A stretch of DNA of 64,000 nt from Eledone cirrhosa. Its lineage: Eukaryota. The notes beneath the pieces were generated by a model. That model made no database searches. It was not told the DNA's origin and saw nothing but the letters and a program-made list of their open reading frames with translations. Both the position numbers and the translations under genes were made by a program. Location: contig OZ024756.1 of NCBI GenBank assembly GCA_964016885.1, positions 11,470,001 to 11,534,000 on the forward strand, given 5' to 3'. Positions 11,001 to 24,585 of this stretch are shown piece after piece (the first letter of the stretch is position 1; every line of letters begins with the position of its first letter).

Positions 11001-13790
11001 CAGTTGTCAGTCACTCTACCAGTCTTACCTGGAACTGGTGTGAAACAAGTACAGTTGTCAGTCACTCTACCAGTCTTTCCTGGAACTGGTGTGAAACAAA
11101 TACAGTTGTCGGTCACTCTACCAGTCTTACCTGGAACTGGTGTGAAACAAATACAGTTGTCAGTCACTCTACCAGTCTTACCTGGAACTGGTGTGAAACA
11201 AGTACAGTTGTCAGTCACTCTACCAGTCTTACCTGGAACTGGTGTGAAACAAGTACAGTTGTCGGTCACTCTACCAGTCTTTCCTGGAACTGGTGTGAAA
11301 CAAATACAGTTTTCAGTCACTCTACCAGTCTTACCTGGAACTGGTGTGAAACAAGTACAGTTGTCAGTCACTCTACCAGTCTTACCTGGAACTGGTGTGA
11401 AACAAGTACAGTTGTCAGTCACTCTACCAGTCTTTCCTGGAACTGGTGTGAAACAAATACAGTTGTCAGTCACTCTACCAGTCTTTCCTGGAACTGGTGT
11501 GAAACAAATACAGTTGTCAGTCACTCTACCAGTCTTTCCTGGAACTGGTGTGAAACAAGTACAGTTGTCAGTCACTCTACCAGTCTTTCCTGGAACTGGT
11601 GTGAAACAAATACAGTTGTCAGTCACTCTACCAGTCTTACCTGGAACTGGTGTGAAACAAATACAGTTGTCAGTCACTCTACCAGTCTTTCCTGGAACTG
11701 GTGTGAAACAAGTACAGTTGTCAGTCACTCTACCAGTCTTACCTGGAACTGGTGTGAAACAAATACAGTTGTCAGTCACTCTACCAGTCTTACCTGGAAC
11801 TGGTGTGAAACAAATACAGTTGTCAGTCACTCTACCAGTCTTACCTGGAACTGGTGTGAAACAAGTACAGTTGTCAGTCACTCTACCAGTCTTACCTGGA
11901 ACTGGTGTGAAACAAATACAGTTGTCAGTCACTCTACCAGTCTTACCTGGAACTGGTGTGAAACAAGTACAGTTGTCAGTCACTCTACCAGTCTTTCCTG
12001 GAACTGGTGTGAAACAAGTACAGTTGTCAGTCACTCTACCAGTCTTTCCTGGAACTGGTGTGAAACAAATACAGTTGTCAGTCACTCTACCAGTCTTACC
12101 TGGAACTGGTGTGAAACAAGTACAGTTGTCAGTCACTCTACCAGTCTTACCTGGAACTGGTGTGAAACAAATACAGTTGTCAGTCACTCTACCAGTCTTA
12201 CCTGGAACTGGTGTGAAACAAATACAGTTGTCAGTCACTCTACCAGTCTTACCTGGAACTGGTGTGAAACAAGTACAGTTGTCAGTCACTCTACCAGTCT
12301 TACCTGGAACTGGTGTGAAACAAATACAGTTGTCAGTCACTCTACCAGTCTTACCTGGAACTGGTGTGAAACAAGTACAGTTGTCAGTCACTCTACCAGT
12401 CTTACCTGGAACTGGTGTGAAACAAGTACAGTTGTCAGTCACTCTACCAGTCTTTCCTGGAACTGGTGTGAAACAAATACAGTTGTCAGTCACTCTACCA
12501 GTCTTACCTGGAACTGGTGTGAAACAAGTACAGTTGTCAGTCACTCTACCAGTCTTACCTGGAACTGGTGTGAAACAAATACAGTTGTCAGTCACTCTAC
12601 CAGTCTTACCTGGAACTGGTGTGAAACAAATACAGTTGTCAGTCACTCTACCAGTCTTACCTGGAACTGGTGTGAAACAAGTACAGTTGTCAGTCACTCT
12701 ACCAGTCTTACCTGGAACTGGTGTGAAACAAGTACAGTTGTCAGTCACTCTACCAGTCTTTCCTGGAACTGGTGTGAAACAAATACAGTTGTCAGTCACT
12801 CTACCAGTCTTACCTGGAACTGGTGTGAAACAAGTACAGTTGTCAGTCACTCTACCAGTCTTACCTGGAACTGGTGTGAAACAAATACAGTTGTCAGTCA
12901 CTCTACCAGTCTTACCTGGAACTGGTGTGAAACAAATACAGTTGTCAGTCACTCTACCAGTCTTACCTGGAACTGGTGTGAAACAAGTACAGTTGTCAGT
13001 CACTCTACCAGTCTTACCTGGAACTGGTGTGAAACAAATACAGTTGTCAGTCACTCTACCAGTCTTACCTGGAACTGGTGTGAAACAAATACAGTTGTCA
13101 GTCACTCTACCAGTCCTTCCTGGAACTGGTGTGAAACAAATACAGTTGTCAGTCACTCTACCAGTCTTACCTGGAACTGGTGTGAAACAAGTACAGTTGT
13201 CAGTCACTCTACCAGTCTTACCTGGAACTGGTGTGAAACAAGTACAGTTGTCAGTCACTCTACCAGTCTTTCCTGGAACTGGTGTGAAACAAATACAGTT
13301 GTCAGTCACTCTACCAGTCTTTCCTGGAACTGGTGTGAAACAAGTACAGTTGTCAGTCACTCTACCAGTCTTTCCTGGAACTGGTGTGAAACAAATACAG
13401 TTGTCAGTCACTCTACCAGTCTTACCTGGAACTGGTGTGAAACAAATACTGTTGTCGGTCATTCTACCAGTCTTTCCTGGAACTGGTGTGAAACAAGTAC
13501 AGTTGTCAGTCACTCTACCAGTCTTACCTGGAACTGGTGTGAAACAAGTACAGTTGTCAGTCACTCTACCAGTCTTACCTGGAACTGGTGTGAAACAAAT
13601 ACAGTTGTCGGTCATTCTACCAGTCTTTCCTGGAACTGGTGTGAAACAAGTACAGTTGTCAGTCACTCTACCAGTCTTACCTGGAACTGGTGTGAAACAA
13701 GTACAGTTGTCAGTCACTCTACCAGTCTTACCTGGAACTGGTGTGAAACAAGTACAGTTGTCAGTCACTCTACCAGTCTTAACTGGAAAC
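8023..13790. repeat. 51-bp minisatellite array (~113 copies)
   Basis: Unit CTGGAACTGGTGTGAAACAA(G/A)TACAGTTGTC(A/G)GTCACTCTACCAGTCTT(A/T)C; 17-aa periodic ORFs. Confidence 0.97.
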
Positions 13791-13851
13791 CTAGTGTTCC
13801 GTGAGAGGTAGCTAGGGGTTCTGTGAGAAACAGAAAAACGGATAGATATTG

Positions 13852-13925
13852 ATAATTGTTTCTAGTTTTGGCATAAGACCAGCAATTACCCCAGTGCATT
13901 ACTGGTGCTTTATTTCATCAACCCA
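13852..13925 (-). mobile_element. SINE family A 3' fragment
   Basis: Reverse complement of the 3' end of the 5743-5925 SINE. Confidence 0.75.
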
Positions 13926-14066
13926 TGCTAAATATCTACTCACATTATATATATATATAATATAATGTATATGTGTACATATATATACAAATTTATATAT
14001 ATATATATATATAATGTATGTGTACATATATATACAAATTTATATATATATATATATATATATATA

Positions 14067-14898
14067 CAGGGTGCGGACGATATCTGTTCGCAAGATTATT
14101 GTCTAGGAAAAAATAACACAGTAGTTTTATTTTTTAAGATATATTTATCAAACTTGGGTCAGTTTGTCTTCATGACTTGTTCTTTCGATCTCACTTGATA
14201 AACCTGCCATTGGTTTTGATGACGGCCTCAAGGCAGCCTCGGAACTGGCTACAGACCTTCGTCACTGTCCCCGACTTAGGCCCCTAAAGGCACTTGTGAT
14301 CCTGGCCTTTAGATCGTTTTCGTATTGCAGCTAGATCTGTTGGTGTCTCATTCCACTGCGCCTCACACAAAGAAGTCGAGGGGGTTGATGTCAGGTGAAG
14401 TGTGGTCGACGAAGTTCTCTGACTGGCAGGGCGCTGAGTCTTGCTGCCACACGTACGGCCTACCTGCAGCTACCTGGTCGATACAGGGCTTCACTACCTT
14501 GCTGAGAACGCAGATGGAGCCATCGGTGTTCAGCTTGAGACTCTCAGAAGTGAGGTGGCATGACGTCACCTTGAATGCTGACGACACCTAAGACCAATGT
14601 TGTTGCTGGAAACTTTGTCTGCATGACTCTGGGCACGTCTTTGGATGAGACAGCGAGCCACCTGTTGTTCTGGGAGTTGATCTTCTAGTCTTATTTGTCC
14701 TCCCGGTGCGGATTCCCAGAAGAACTCCGTGTCTCTTCCACAAATTTCGAAGTTCAAAATTATTCATAATCAATTATTCTGAAAATAAATAATGGAAATA
14801 TAGTCAGTTTTTATGAAAACAAGAGTGACAACGGAAGTAAAAAAAATTTGCATAAAATTAGCAGTTGAAAATTGCGAACAAATATTGTCCGCACCCTG
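14067..14898 (-). mobile_element. Internally deleted Tc1/mariner-superfamily (maT/DD37D-like) transposon
   Basis: TIRs CAGGGTGCGGAC(G/A)ATAT(C/T)TGTTCGCAA, TA TSDs; minus-strand transposase remnants VLSKVVKPCIDQVAAGRPYVWQQDSAPC and SPDINPLDFFV. Confidence 0.9.
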
Positions 14899-15441
14899 TA
14901 CATACATACGCACATATCCGGCTGTAAAAATTCCAGCTAGTTCTGTTTGAGCTAGTTTGAGCTAGTTCTGTCCAACTGGCCAGACCTCTCTCATGACGTG
15001 GATGGCCTAGCTCATGCATGCTTGGAGAAATAGCCATTAAACGGCGATGATGATGACATGTACACAAATAAAGCATGCCAAATATCTACACACATACACA
15101 TTATATGATATATATGTATATACACACACACGCCCACACATATACCCACACCCACAGTATCAGTTTCATTTTTAACTTCACCATAAGAATCAGCTAGATA
15201 TTTGCTCTATCACTTTTGAAAAAAAATACATTTTTCAATTTTATTTTCCTCTTTATTGAGACTTTTAGAGAATAAAGGGAACAGCAACATTGTTTAATTA
15301 ATCTAAAATTTTAATTAAAGATCAAAGCAACTGCTAATGTGTTTTTCCATTAAGTAACTCTCTCATACAAAATTACATAATATGAAACTTTCTATCTATC
15401 TATCTTTCTGTGTATATATCTATCTGTGTGTCTATATATCA

Positions 15442-15476
<35 letters not shown>

Positions 15477-15526
15477 AGTTGTAATAAAATGAAAATGAAA
15501 TTTCATTTCTCACTCTTAGTACGGCA

Positions 15527-15607
<81 letters not shown>

Positions 15608-15923
15608 CTCTATATATCTCTCTCCCTTTCTCTGTATATATATTTATCTATGTCTGTGTATCTATCTTTCTGTGTGTGTGGGAGGGGGGGGAGCAGTGAC
15701 GAGTGGAGAGATGCTGTGCTGAAGAGGACCTGTGCCACCCTTGCAAGCAGGGAAAAGCGGATGTATGATGATGATGATGTATATATGTATATTGGGTCGT
15801 CAAGTATGAAATTTGTAGAAATTACTTTTTCTACAAATTTCATACTTATATCTATTATTATAGATATACAAGCAGGGAAAAGCGGACATAAAATGATGAT
15901 GATGTATGTATATATATTTATAT

Positions 15924-16111
15924 AATTGTTTCTACTTTTGGCACAAGGCCTGCAATTAATCCAGTGCATTACTGGTACTTTATTTTATCGACCCCGTAAG
16001 GATGAAAGGCAAAGTCAACCTCGGCGGGATTTGAACTCAGATCGTAAAGGGATGTGACTATGCTGGAAAGCATGGCGTCCGACCCTTACCGTAACTGCCA
16101 ATCCACTGCCC
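15924..16111 (-). mobile_element. SINE family A, full length
   Basis: Reverse complement of the GGGCAGTGGATTGGCAG...GTAGAAACAATTA element also seen at 5743 and 31671. Confidence 0.9.
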
Positions 16112-16138
16112 TATATATATATATATATATATATATAT

Positions 16139-16789
16139 TTTAGAGATAAGAGGGATCAGATGTTGTTTACTCGAGAGAAGGCTACGTTGGTATGGACACG
16201 TGATGCGCATGAAAGTCGATAGCTGTATAACAAAGTGCAGGGCAATAAAGATAGACGGTAGTCACGGAATAGGCAGACCTAGAAAAACCTGGGACGAGCT
16301 GATAAACTCCGACATCACACACTTACACCTCTCCAAGACAATGTCACTGGACCGAGACCTTTGGCGGTACTCAGTAACAGAGAAGACCCGCCTTACCTAA
16401 ATATATAGTAAAACCTACTCCAGCCAGTAGGCATCTCTAACAAAATACCCCCCCCCCCCACACACCCCATCCACACCACCCCGTTCTATGTAAAGTTATG
16501 TTGGTGCCGCGCCATCCAGGCCGAAACAAATGGGATCGTGTAGGTGTCACGACAAAAAAAAAACACACAGTCCACGCTGTAATGTGGCCGTGTAGGCAAC
16601 ACGGTAAAAACCTCCCAGACCCACACTGTAAATGTGGTTGGTGTTAGGAAGGGCATCCAACTGTAGAAAACCTGCCAGACAGTCCTATGCGAGCAAGACA
16701 ATCACTCTTGCCTCAAGTGGGACTACCCCCGTCCAAACCCATGCAAGCGTGGAACACGGACGTTAAACGTTGATGATGATGATGATGAT
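16139..16789 (+). mobile_element. 5'-truncated RTE-clade LINE: RT C-terminus plus 3'UTR with (TGA)n tail
   Basis: ERRLRWYGHVMRM...GRPRKTWDELI...DRDLWR is the typical RTE ORF end; UTR ends GGACGTTAAAC(GAT)n. Confidence 0.88.
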
Positions 16790-17241
16790 TTATTTATATA
16801 ATGGCGATGAATTAGTTTTGCGAGGTTTTTGATATGAAATCGTGTGTCGAAACGAATATTGTTATACACATCAAACAAAACACTATATACACACGCAAAC
16901 GCATGCGCAGAGAAGACAAAAAAATAAACAAATAAATAAACATTATATAAAGATGGCGTAGGCATACAATACAACGGGAGGAAACATAATAGTACCACTG
17001 ACGATGTTGCAGATGTGCAACGAAAGAACTTTGTTAGACTATATATATGTGTTTGTGTCTATATTGTATCTGTATTTTTGACCGTTGGTCAGTCAATGGT
17101 AACACTGAGGACCGAATAAATTAAATTAACCGATATAAAAGACACAGAAGCGAAAACCAACCAAACAGTGAGTGTGTTCTGTTATTAATTCTGGCAATAA
17201 TATTACACAAATATGACCCTCTCCAAGTATATATATATATG

Positions 17242-17286
<45 letters not shown>

Positions 17287-17289
17287 GTA

Positions 17290-19052
17290 TCTTCCGCTGC
17301 ACCTCCTCCAACCTAGTCTACGGACTTCGTTGCACGAGGTGCAGTGCGACTTATGTCGGACAGACGGGACGCCGCCTGGCGGACCGAGTCACGGAGCACC
17401 TCCGGGACATTCGTCTCGGGGGCAGTTCCCCCATCGCCCGCCACTTTGGTGGCCCTGGACACTCCGCACACCATCTCACAGTCTGTGGCCTACTCCAGTG
17501 CCACGGAACACCCGCCCATCGCCTCACGGTCGAACAACGTACTATCTTCATCTTACAGACCCACACTCCCCCCGGCCTGAACTCCCCACCCTTATTCCTT
17601 TAGCGTTCGACCCCCCCCCCCCCCCCCACACACTTATCCCCCACTAACACCACTAACACACCCCTCCTTTTCACCGCCCACCCCACACTAACAATACTAA
17701 CACCTCCACTCCACCCCTCATCTGACCACCCTTCCCCAACTAACATACTAACATCCCTTCCCTCCCCTCTTCTCCTCCGCCTCCTTATCACACGCACACA
17801 CGCACCCACTTACACCACCCACCCCACACGCAACTAACATCACTAACACCCTCCAACCCCACGCACACGTACCCACACACCCTCGTACACCACCAACTCT
17901 ACACACCCTACCCCCACTAACCCCCACTCACACCTGCATTCCACCCCTCCCCACGTCCCGTATATTAACACCCACTAACACCTCTTCACCAAACTACACA
18001 CACACCAGTACACCACACTCCCTCCATAGAACCACACACACTCTTCTCTCCCCACTCCACACTCACTCATCCCACTAACACCCCACTAATACACACACAC
18101 ATACACACACACACACACCCTCCTCACTCCAACTCTCACACCTACCCATCCTCGCCTCCCTACCATTCCGCCGACTGTTGCTATGCCCTTCCGACCACTG
18201 TCTCAGCACCAACTGACCACAGCACTTCCACTGCTGACCACTTCCTGTTGCGCGCGCACCCCACATCTCTCCTCTTCCGACCACCGCTTCTTGGATTACC
18301 CACACGCGTTTTGACTTCTCACCAAAATCTCCATACATCCGTGTAACTTACCACTTTTCAACCACCCTCTTACACCACCACCTATATAACTCACCCACAC
18401 ACACACCCCAAAACAATTTTTTTATCCACACGCCACCCACACCCACAACACGCTTAAACCACACACACGTGCTTCCCACCACATATTTACACCCTCAGCC
18501 CCCTGATTCCTCTCCCCCCACCCCCCTATCCACACACGCACAGACCCTCCGACCCACAAAAACACCCCCCACACACACCTTCCTGAACATGCAACCCCGT
18601 TCTTCCCCAACCCTCACTTTCACATACACACACACGCACACACCACCTTCAGCCCTCCCCGCTCGGACACCCCGTCTCCCTCTCCCCACTCCACCCGCCT
18701 CCACCTCTACTCACCCCACACCCTTCCACCACCTGTTTACCCCCCTTTTAATTTCAGTTTATTTTGATCATGCCTTTATTTTTAAATGTTCTCATTCCTT
18801 GTATTTTGATCATGCTTTATTTTTATTTATTATTTATTATATTTTTGTCTTTATTTGTTAATTTTTCATTCGCACCGTTTCCTTTCGCTATATGTCTCTC
18901 CACCACTCCCCTACACACCTTTTGAACTCTCACCTGAAGAAGGGCTTATGCCCGAAACGTCGTCCCCCACCTACCCCCCACTCTCCTGAGCGTGAATCTA
19001 ATAAACATTTGTCGTACTGCCTCTCTGTTCTGTCCCTGTTCAATTTTTCATT
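17290..19052 (+). mobile_element. 5'-truncated Penelope-like element: GIY-YIG endonuclease (17290-17603), C-rich 3'UTR and pLTR
   Basis: FRCTSSNLVYGLRCTRCSATYVGQTGRRLADRVTEH...HF...H...EQRTIFILQT..P.GLN matches the PLE GIY-YIG domain; hammerhead-bearing terminal repeat downstream. Confidence 0.88.
18930..18965 (+). ncRNA. Minimal type-I hammerhead ribozyme (PLE pLTR)
   Basis: CTGAAGA-A-GGGC-TTAT-GCCC-GAAAC-GTC: intact catalytic core, stem II GGGC/GCCC, palindromic ACGT stem III, GUC triplet. Confidence 0.8.
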
Positions 19053-19161
19053 GTATATGTATATATATGTATATGTATATATATGTATATGTATATATAT
19101 GTATGTATATGTATATATGTGTATATGTATGTATATGTATATGTATATATGTGTATATGTA

Positions 19162-19204
<43 letters not shown>

Positions 19205-19209
19205 GTATG

Positions 19210-19244
<35 letters not shown>

Positions 19245-20539
19245 GTATGTATATATGTATGTATGTATATATATATATATGTATGTGTATATATATATAT
19301 ATGTATGTATATATATATATATATGTATGTATGTATATATATATATGTATGTATGTATATATATATATATATATGTATGTATATATATATATGTATGTAT
19401 GTATATATATATATATGTATGTATATATATATATATATGTATGTATATATATATGCATATATGTATGTATATATATATGTATATATGTATGTATATATAT
19501 ATGTATATATGTATGTATATATATATGTATATATGTATGTATATATGTATGTATATATATATGTATATATGTATGTATATATATATGTATATATGTATGT
19601 ATATATATATGTATATATGTATGTATATATATATATGTATGTATATATATATGTATATATGTATGTATATATATATATGTATATATGTATGTATATATAT
19701 ATATGTATATATGTATGTATATATATATATGTATGTATATATATATATGTATATATGTATGTATATATATATATGTATATATGTATGTATATATATATAT
19801 GTATATATGTATGTATATATATATATGTATATATGTATGTATATATATATATGTATATATGTATGTATATATATATATGTATATATGTATGTATATATAT
19901 ATATGTATATATGTATGTATATATATATATGTATATATGTATGTATATATATATATGTATATATGTATGTATATATATATGTATATATGTATGTATATAT
20001 ATATGTATATATATATATGTATATATATATGTATATATATATGTATATATATATGTATGTATGTATGTATATATATGTATATATGTATGTATATATATGT
20101 ATATATGTATGTATATATATATGTATATATGTATGTATATATATATATGTATATATGTATGTATATATGTATGTATATATATATATGTATGTATATATAT
20201 ATGTATATATGTATGTATATATATATGTATATATGTATGTATATATATATGTATATATGTATATATATATATGTATGTATATATATATGTATATATGTAT
20301 ATATATATGTATGTATATATATATGTATATATGTATATATATATGTATATGTATATATGTATATGTATATATATATGTATATATGTATATGTATATATAT
20401 GTATGTATATATGTATATGTATATATGTATATATGTATATGTATATATATATGTATATATGTATATGTATATATATATATGTATGTATATATATATATGT
20501 GTATATGTATATGTATATATATGTATGTATATATATATG

Positions 20540-20602
<63 letters not shown>

Positions 20603-20613
20603 GTATATATATG

Positions 20614-20750
20614 CACCTTTTGAACTCTCACCTGAAGAAGGGCTTATGCCCAAAATGTCGTTTCCCACCTACCCCCCACTCTCCTGAGCGTGAATCTAAT
20701 AAACAGTTGTCGTACTGCCTCTCTGTTCTGTCCCTGTTCAATTTTTCATT
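20614..20750 (+). mobile_element. Second direct copy of the PLE pLTR (of 18916-19052) with a mutated hammerhead core
   Basis: Near-identical sequence; CCCGAAACGTC has become CCCAAAATGTC. Confidence 0.9.
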
Positions 20751-20875
20751 GTATATGTATATATATGTATATGTATATGTATGTATATGTATATATGTGT
20801 ATATGTATGTATATGTATATATGTGTATATGTATGTATATGTATATGTATATATGTGTATATGTATATATATATG

Positions 20876-20920
<45 letters not shown>

Positions 20921-21139
20921 GTATGTGTATATATGTATGTATGTATATGTATATGTATGTATATATATGTATATGTATATATATGTATATATGTATATAT
21001 ATGTATATGTATATATATGTATATGTATATATGTGTATATGTGTATATGTGTGTATATATATATATGTATATATATATATAAATGCACATGTATATATAT
21101 ATATATATATAAATGCATATATGTATATATATATATATA

Positions 21140-21232
21140 TATCATCATTATCGTTTAACGTCCATCTTCCACGCTTGCATGGGTTTGGACGGGAGTTTTC
21201 TCACTTGAGGCAAGATTGGTTGTCCTGCTCAT
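21140..21232 (-). mobile_element. RTE 3'-tail fragment
   Basis: Reverse complement of about 16690-16789. Confidence 0.75.
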
Positions 21233-21297
21233 AAATGTATATATATATATATAAATGCATATATATATATATATGCATATGTATATATATATATAAA

Positions 21298-21365
<68 letters not shown>

Positions 21366-21719
21366 AATATGTATATACATATATTAATGCATATATGTAT
21401 ATACATATATTAATGCATATATGTATATATATATATTAATGTATATATATATATTAATGCATATATGTATATATATACATATATGCATATATGTATATAT
21501 ATATATTAATGCATATATGTATATATATACATATATGCATATATGTATATATATATATTAATGCATATATGTATATATATACATATTTGCATATATGTAT
21601 ATATATACATATATGTATATATATACATATATACATATATGCATTTATTTATATATATATATACATATATGCATTTATATATATATATCTATACATACAT
21701 ATATTCATATATGCATTTA

Positions 21720-21750
<31 letters not shown>

Positions 21751-21900
21751 TAATGCATATATGTATATATATTAATGCATATATGTATATATATTAATGC
21801 ATATATGTATATATATTAATGCATATATGCATATATATATTAATGTAGATATGTATGTATGTATATATATATATATATATATATATTAATGTAGATATGT

Positions 21901-22195
<295 letters not shown>

Positions 22196-22235
22196 TGTAG
22201 ATGTGTGTGTGTATATATATATATATTAATGTAGA

Positions 22236-22277
<42 letters not shown>

Positions 22278-22283
22278 TGTAGA

Positions 22284-22320
<37 letters not shown>

Positions 22321-22328
22321 TAATGTAG

Positions 22329-22376
<48 letters not shown>

Positions 22377-22377
22377 T

Positions 22378-22610
22378 GTAACAATTCCTAGTTTTAGGCA
22401 TATGGCCAACAATTAGTGTGAGAGAGGGGGGGGGGTGAATCACACTGACCCCTAGTATGTAACTGATACCCTGTTTTATTGGACCTGGAACAATGAAAGG
22501 CAGTATTAACTTCTGCCATATTTCAACCCACAATAGAAAAAAGCCTCTAACTTAATGCTGCCAAAATATTGTTTGTTGCTCTACTGATTCTGCTAATACA
22601 CTTTTTCCTT
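22378..22610 (-). mobile_element. Diverged SINE related to family A
   Basis: Degenerate reverse match (CTAGTTTTAGGCATATGGCCAACAATT...TGAAAGGCAGTATTAACTTCTGCCATATTTCAACCCA). Confidence 0.6.
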
Positions 22611-22791
22611 TGTAATAATCCAATGCACTATTCTGCACATCAATGCTGCTGATAAACTACAAAGTGGCATATAGGTGGTACCAGATGCACAATGTGTGCT
22701 GTAAGTGACAGCAGTTTCCAACAGTAATATGTAGCAAAGTTGCTTTGGTGTAAAAGTGATAAGGTAAAACCTGAAATTTATTCTTATAAAA

Positions 22792-23058
22792 CCCTTTAGG
22801 ATTCACATCCTTTTATATATACTATTATATTTTCATGGTAAAGGCCTTACCTCACATAACATTCACATTACTCTATATATACTATCATATTTTCATGGTA
22901 AAAGCTTTATCTCACATAATATCGAATCTATGAGATTTTGAAAGTATTTATTTTGAGAACAATACCTTCACATCAGTTTGAGCGACCAGTTACAGCCAGT
23001 TTCAACAGAAAGTGGTAGAGAATTCTGGCCGGTTTTGGTCGGTTTGAACACTAAAGGG
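22792..23058. mobile_element. piggyBac-like MITE family P1 (with an internal 60-bp duplication)
   Basis: Ends CCCTTTAG.../...CTAAAGGG-TTAA; homologous to 31620, 32905 and 39637 copies. Confidence 0.8.
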
Positions 23059-23300
23059 TTAAGAACATCTTCAAATTGCACCCTTTGTAGGCCATCTGCT
23101 CCATGTTGGGAATCACTAAGAGCTATATAAACATAAAATCTTTCCATTTGGGAATTAAATCTTTCTGCAATCACTTCTTACTCTCGTTTGGACATTTAGA
23201 GCAAGCTTTTTTCTGTCTGTCTGTCTCTCTCTCTCTCTCTCCCTCTCCCCCCTCCCCCCCCCCCCCTCCTCCCCCCTCTCTCTCCCTCTCCCCCCTCCTC

Positions 23301-23354
<54 letters not shown>

Positions 23355-23627
23355 ATCATTCGCTGTACATTTTCCTAGTTAGCAATGGTTCAGACAAGTT
23401 GTTATTGATCAAGTCATTACCTAATCAATGCCATAGCAGACCTCTCAGATGAGCTGCATCTTGCAGAGTCCACTGGGTGGATTTTATTGTGGCAGCAACA
23501 GCAGATAGGTTGTCACGTCTTTGACATAACTGGAAAGTCCTTTTGACGCTAAAGTGGTCTCATATCAGTGGCTGCTGAGGGTCTGTGGCTGGTTTAAAAG
23601 TATCTGACTGTTTTGTTTATAAGTATT

Positions 23628-23687
<60 letters not shown>

Positions 23688-23697
23688 TACATATACA

Positions 23698-23810
23698 TCA
23701 TCATCATCATCGTTTACCATCTATCTTCCACGCTAACATGAGTTAGACGGGAATTGTCCCACTTGAGGCAAGATTGGTCGTGTGACCGTGTTTCGCTCGT
23801 ATAGGACTAT
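23698..23810 (-). mobile_element. RTE 3'-tail fragment
   Basis: Reverse match to about 57670-57777. Confidence 0.7.
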
Positions 23811-23840
23811 CTGACTATCTATCTATATATATATATATAT

Positions 23841-24185
23841 ATCATCATCATCATCATTTCATTTTACGTCCGCTTTTTCCCTGCTTGCAAGGGTGGGACG
23901 GGAACTGATTCTGGCTTGATTTCTACAGCTGGATGCCCTTCCTAACACCAACCTCATTTACAGTGAGTGCTGGGTGCTTTTTTGCCGTGGCACCTACACG
24001 ACCACTTTGCAGTGGAATGATAGGGACCTCAGTCCCTATCATCTCATTTCTACAGCTGAGTAAACTGGAGCAATGTGAAATAAAGTGTCTTGCTCAAGGA
24101 AACAACACACCACCCGGTCTGAGAATTGAACTCACAACCTTTCGATTGCAAGGCCAATGCTCTAACCACTAAGCCATGTGCCTCC
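23841..24185 (-). mobile_element. tRNA-derived SINE family B with RTE-related tail
   Basis: Reverse complement of 58375-58765; head TGGCTTAGTGG...GAGTTCAATTC, CCTTGAGCAAGACACT core, tail shared with the RTE 3'UTR. Confidence 0.88.
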
Positions 24186-24294
24186 ATGTATATATATATG
24201 CATGTGTGCATACACTCATGTGTGCATACACTCATCGATAGTACTATTTATGTATATCAAACTAAAGAGTTTAGTGGTTATAAGCTAAATCTAT

Positions 24295-24585
24295 GTGGAG
24301 GTGCGTAGCCTAGTGGTAAGTGGTAAGGGTGTTGTTCTTAGGATCATAATGTCGATGGGTCGATCCCTGGACTGGGTTGTGTGTTGTGTTCTTGAGCAAA
24401 ATACTTCATTTCCCGTTGCTCCAGTATAGTCAGCTGAAAATGAGTACCAACAATAGCTGGGGGTTTAACCCTGCAATGGACTGGCGTCCTATCCAGGTGC
24501 GAGTCTTGTACTCTTAGTCGCTTCCCGCCATGAAACTGGGATAAGTACCAGCCTAACAAGCCTTCTGACTTAGGACAGACTTTAG
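24295..24585 (+). mobile_element. tRNA-derived SINE family C
   Basis: A box TAGCCTAGTGG, B box GGTTCGATCC-like, CTTGAGCAAA core, AACCCTGCAATGGACTGGCGTCC segment. Confidence 0.75.

Noticed and set aside
15-13811. 1000-2000-aa ORFs in the 42- and 51-bp arrays as real genes
   Set aside because: Unit lengths are multiples of 3 and several overlapping frames on both strands are open; no unique domain, and the 42-mer is TE-derived
17100-17180. Hammerhead-like CTGAGGA...CAAACAGTGA
   Set aside because: GAAA box and cleavage triplet are broken and stem II is not evident
23350-23610. Possible host exon in unique sequence
   Set aside because: Frames after the candidate acceptor hit stops and no protein similarity was recognised
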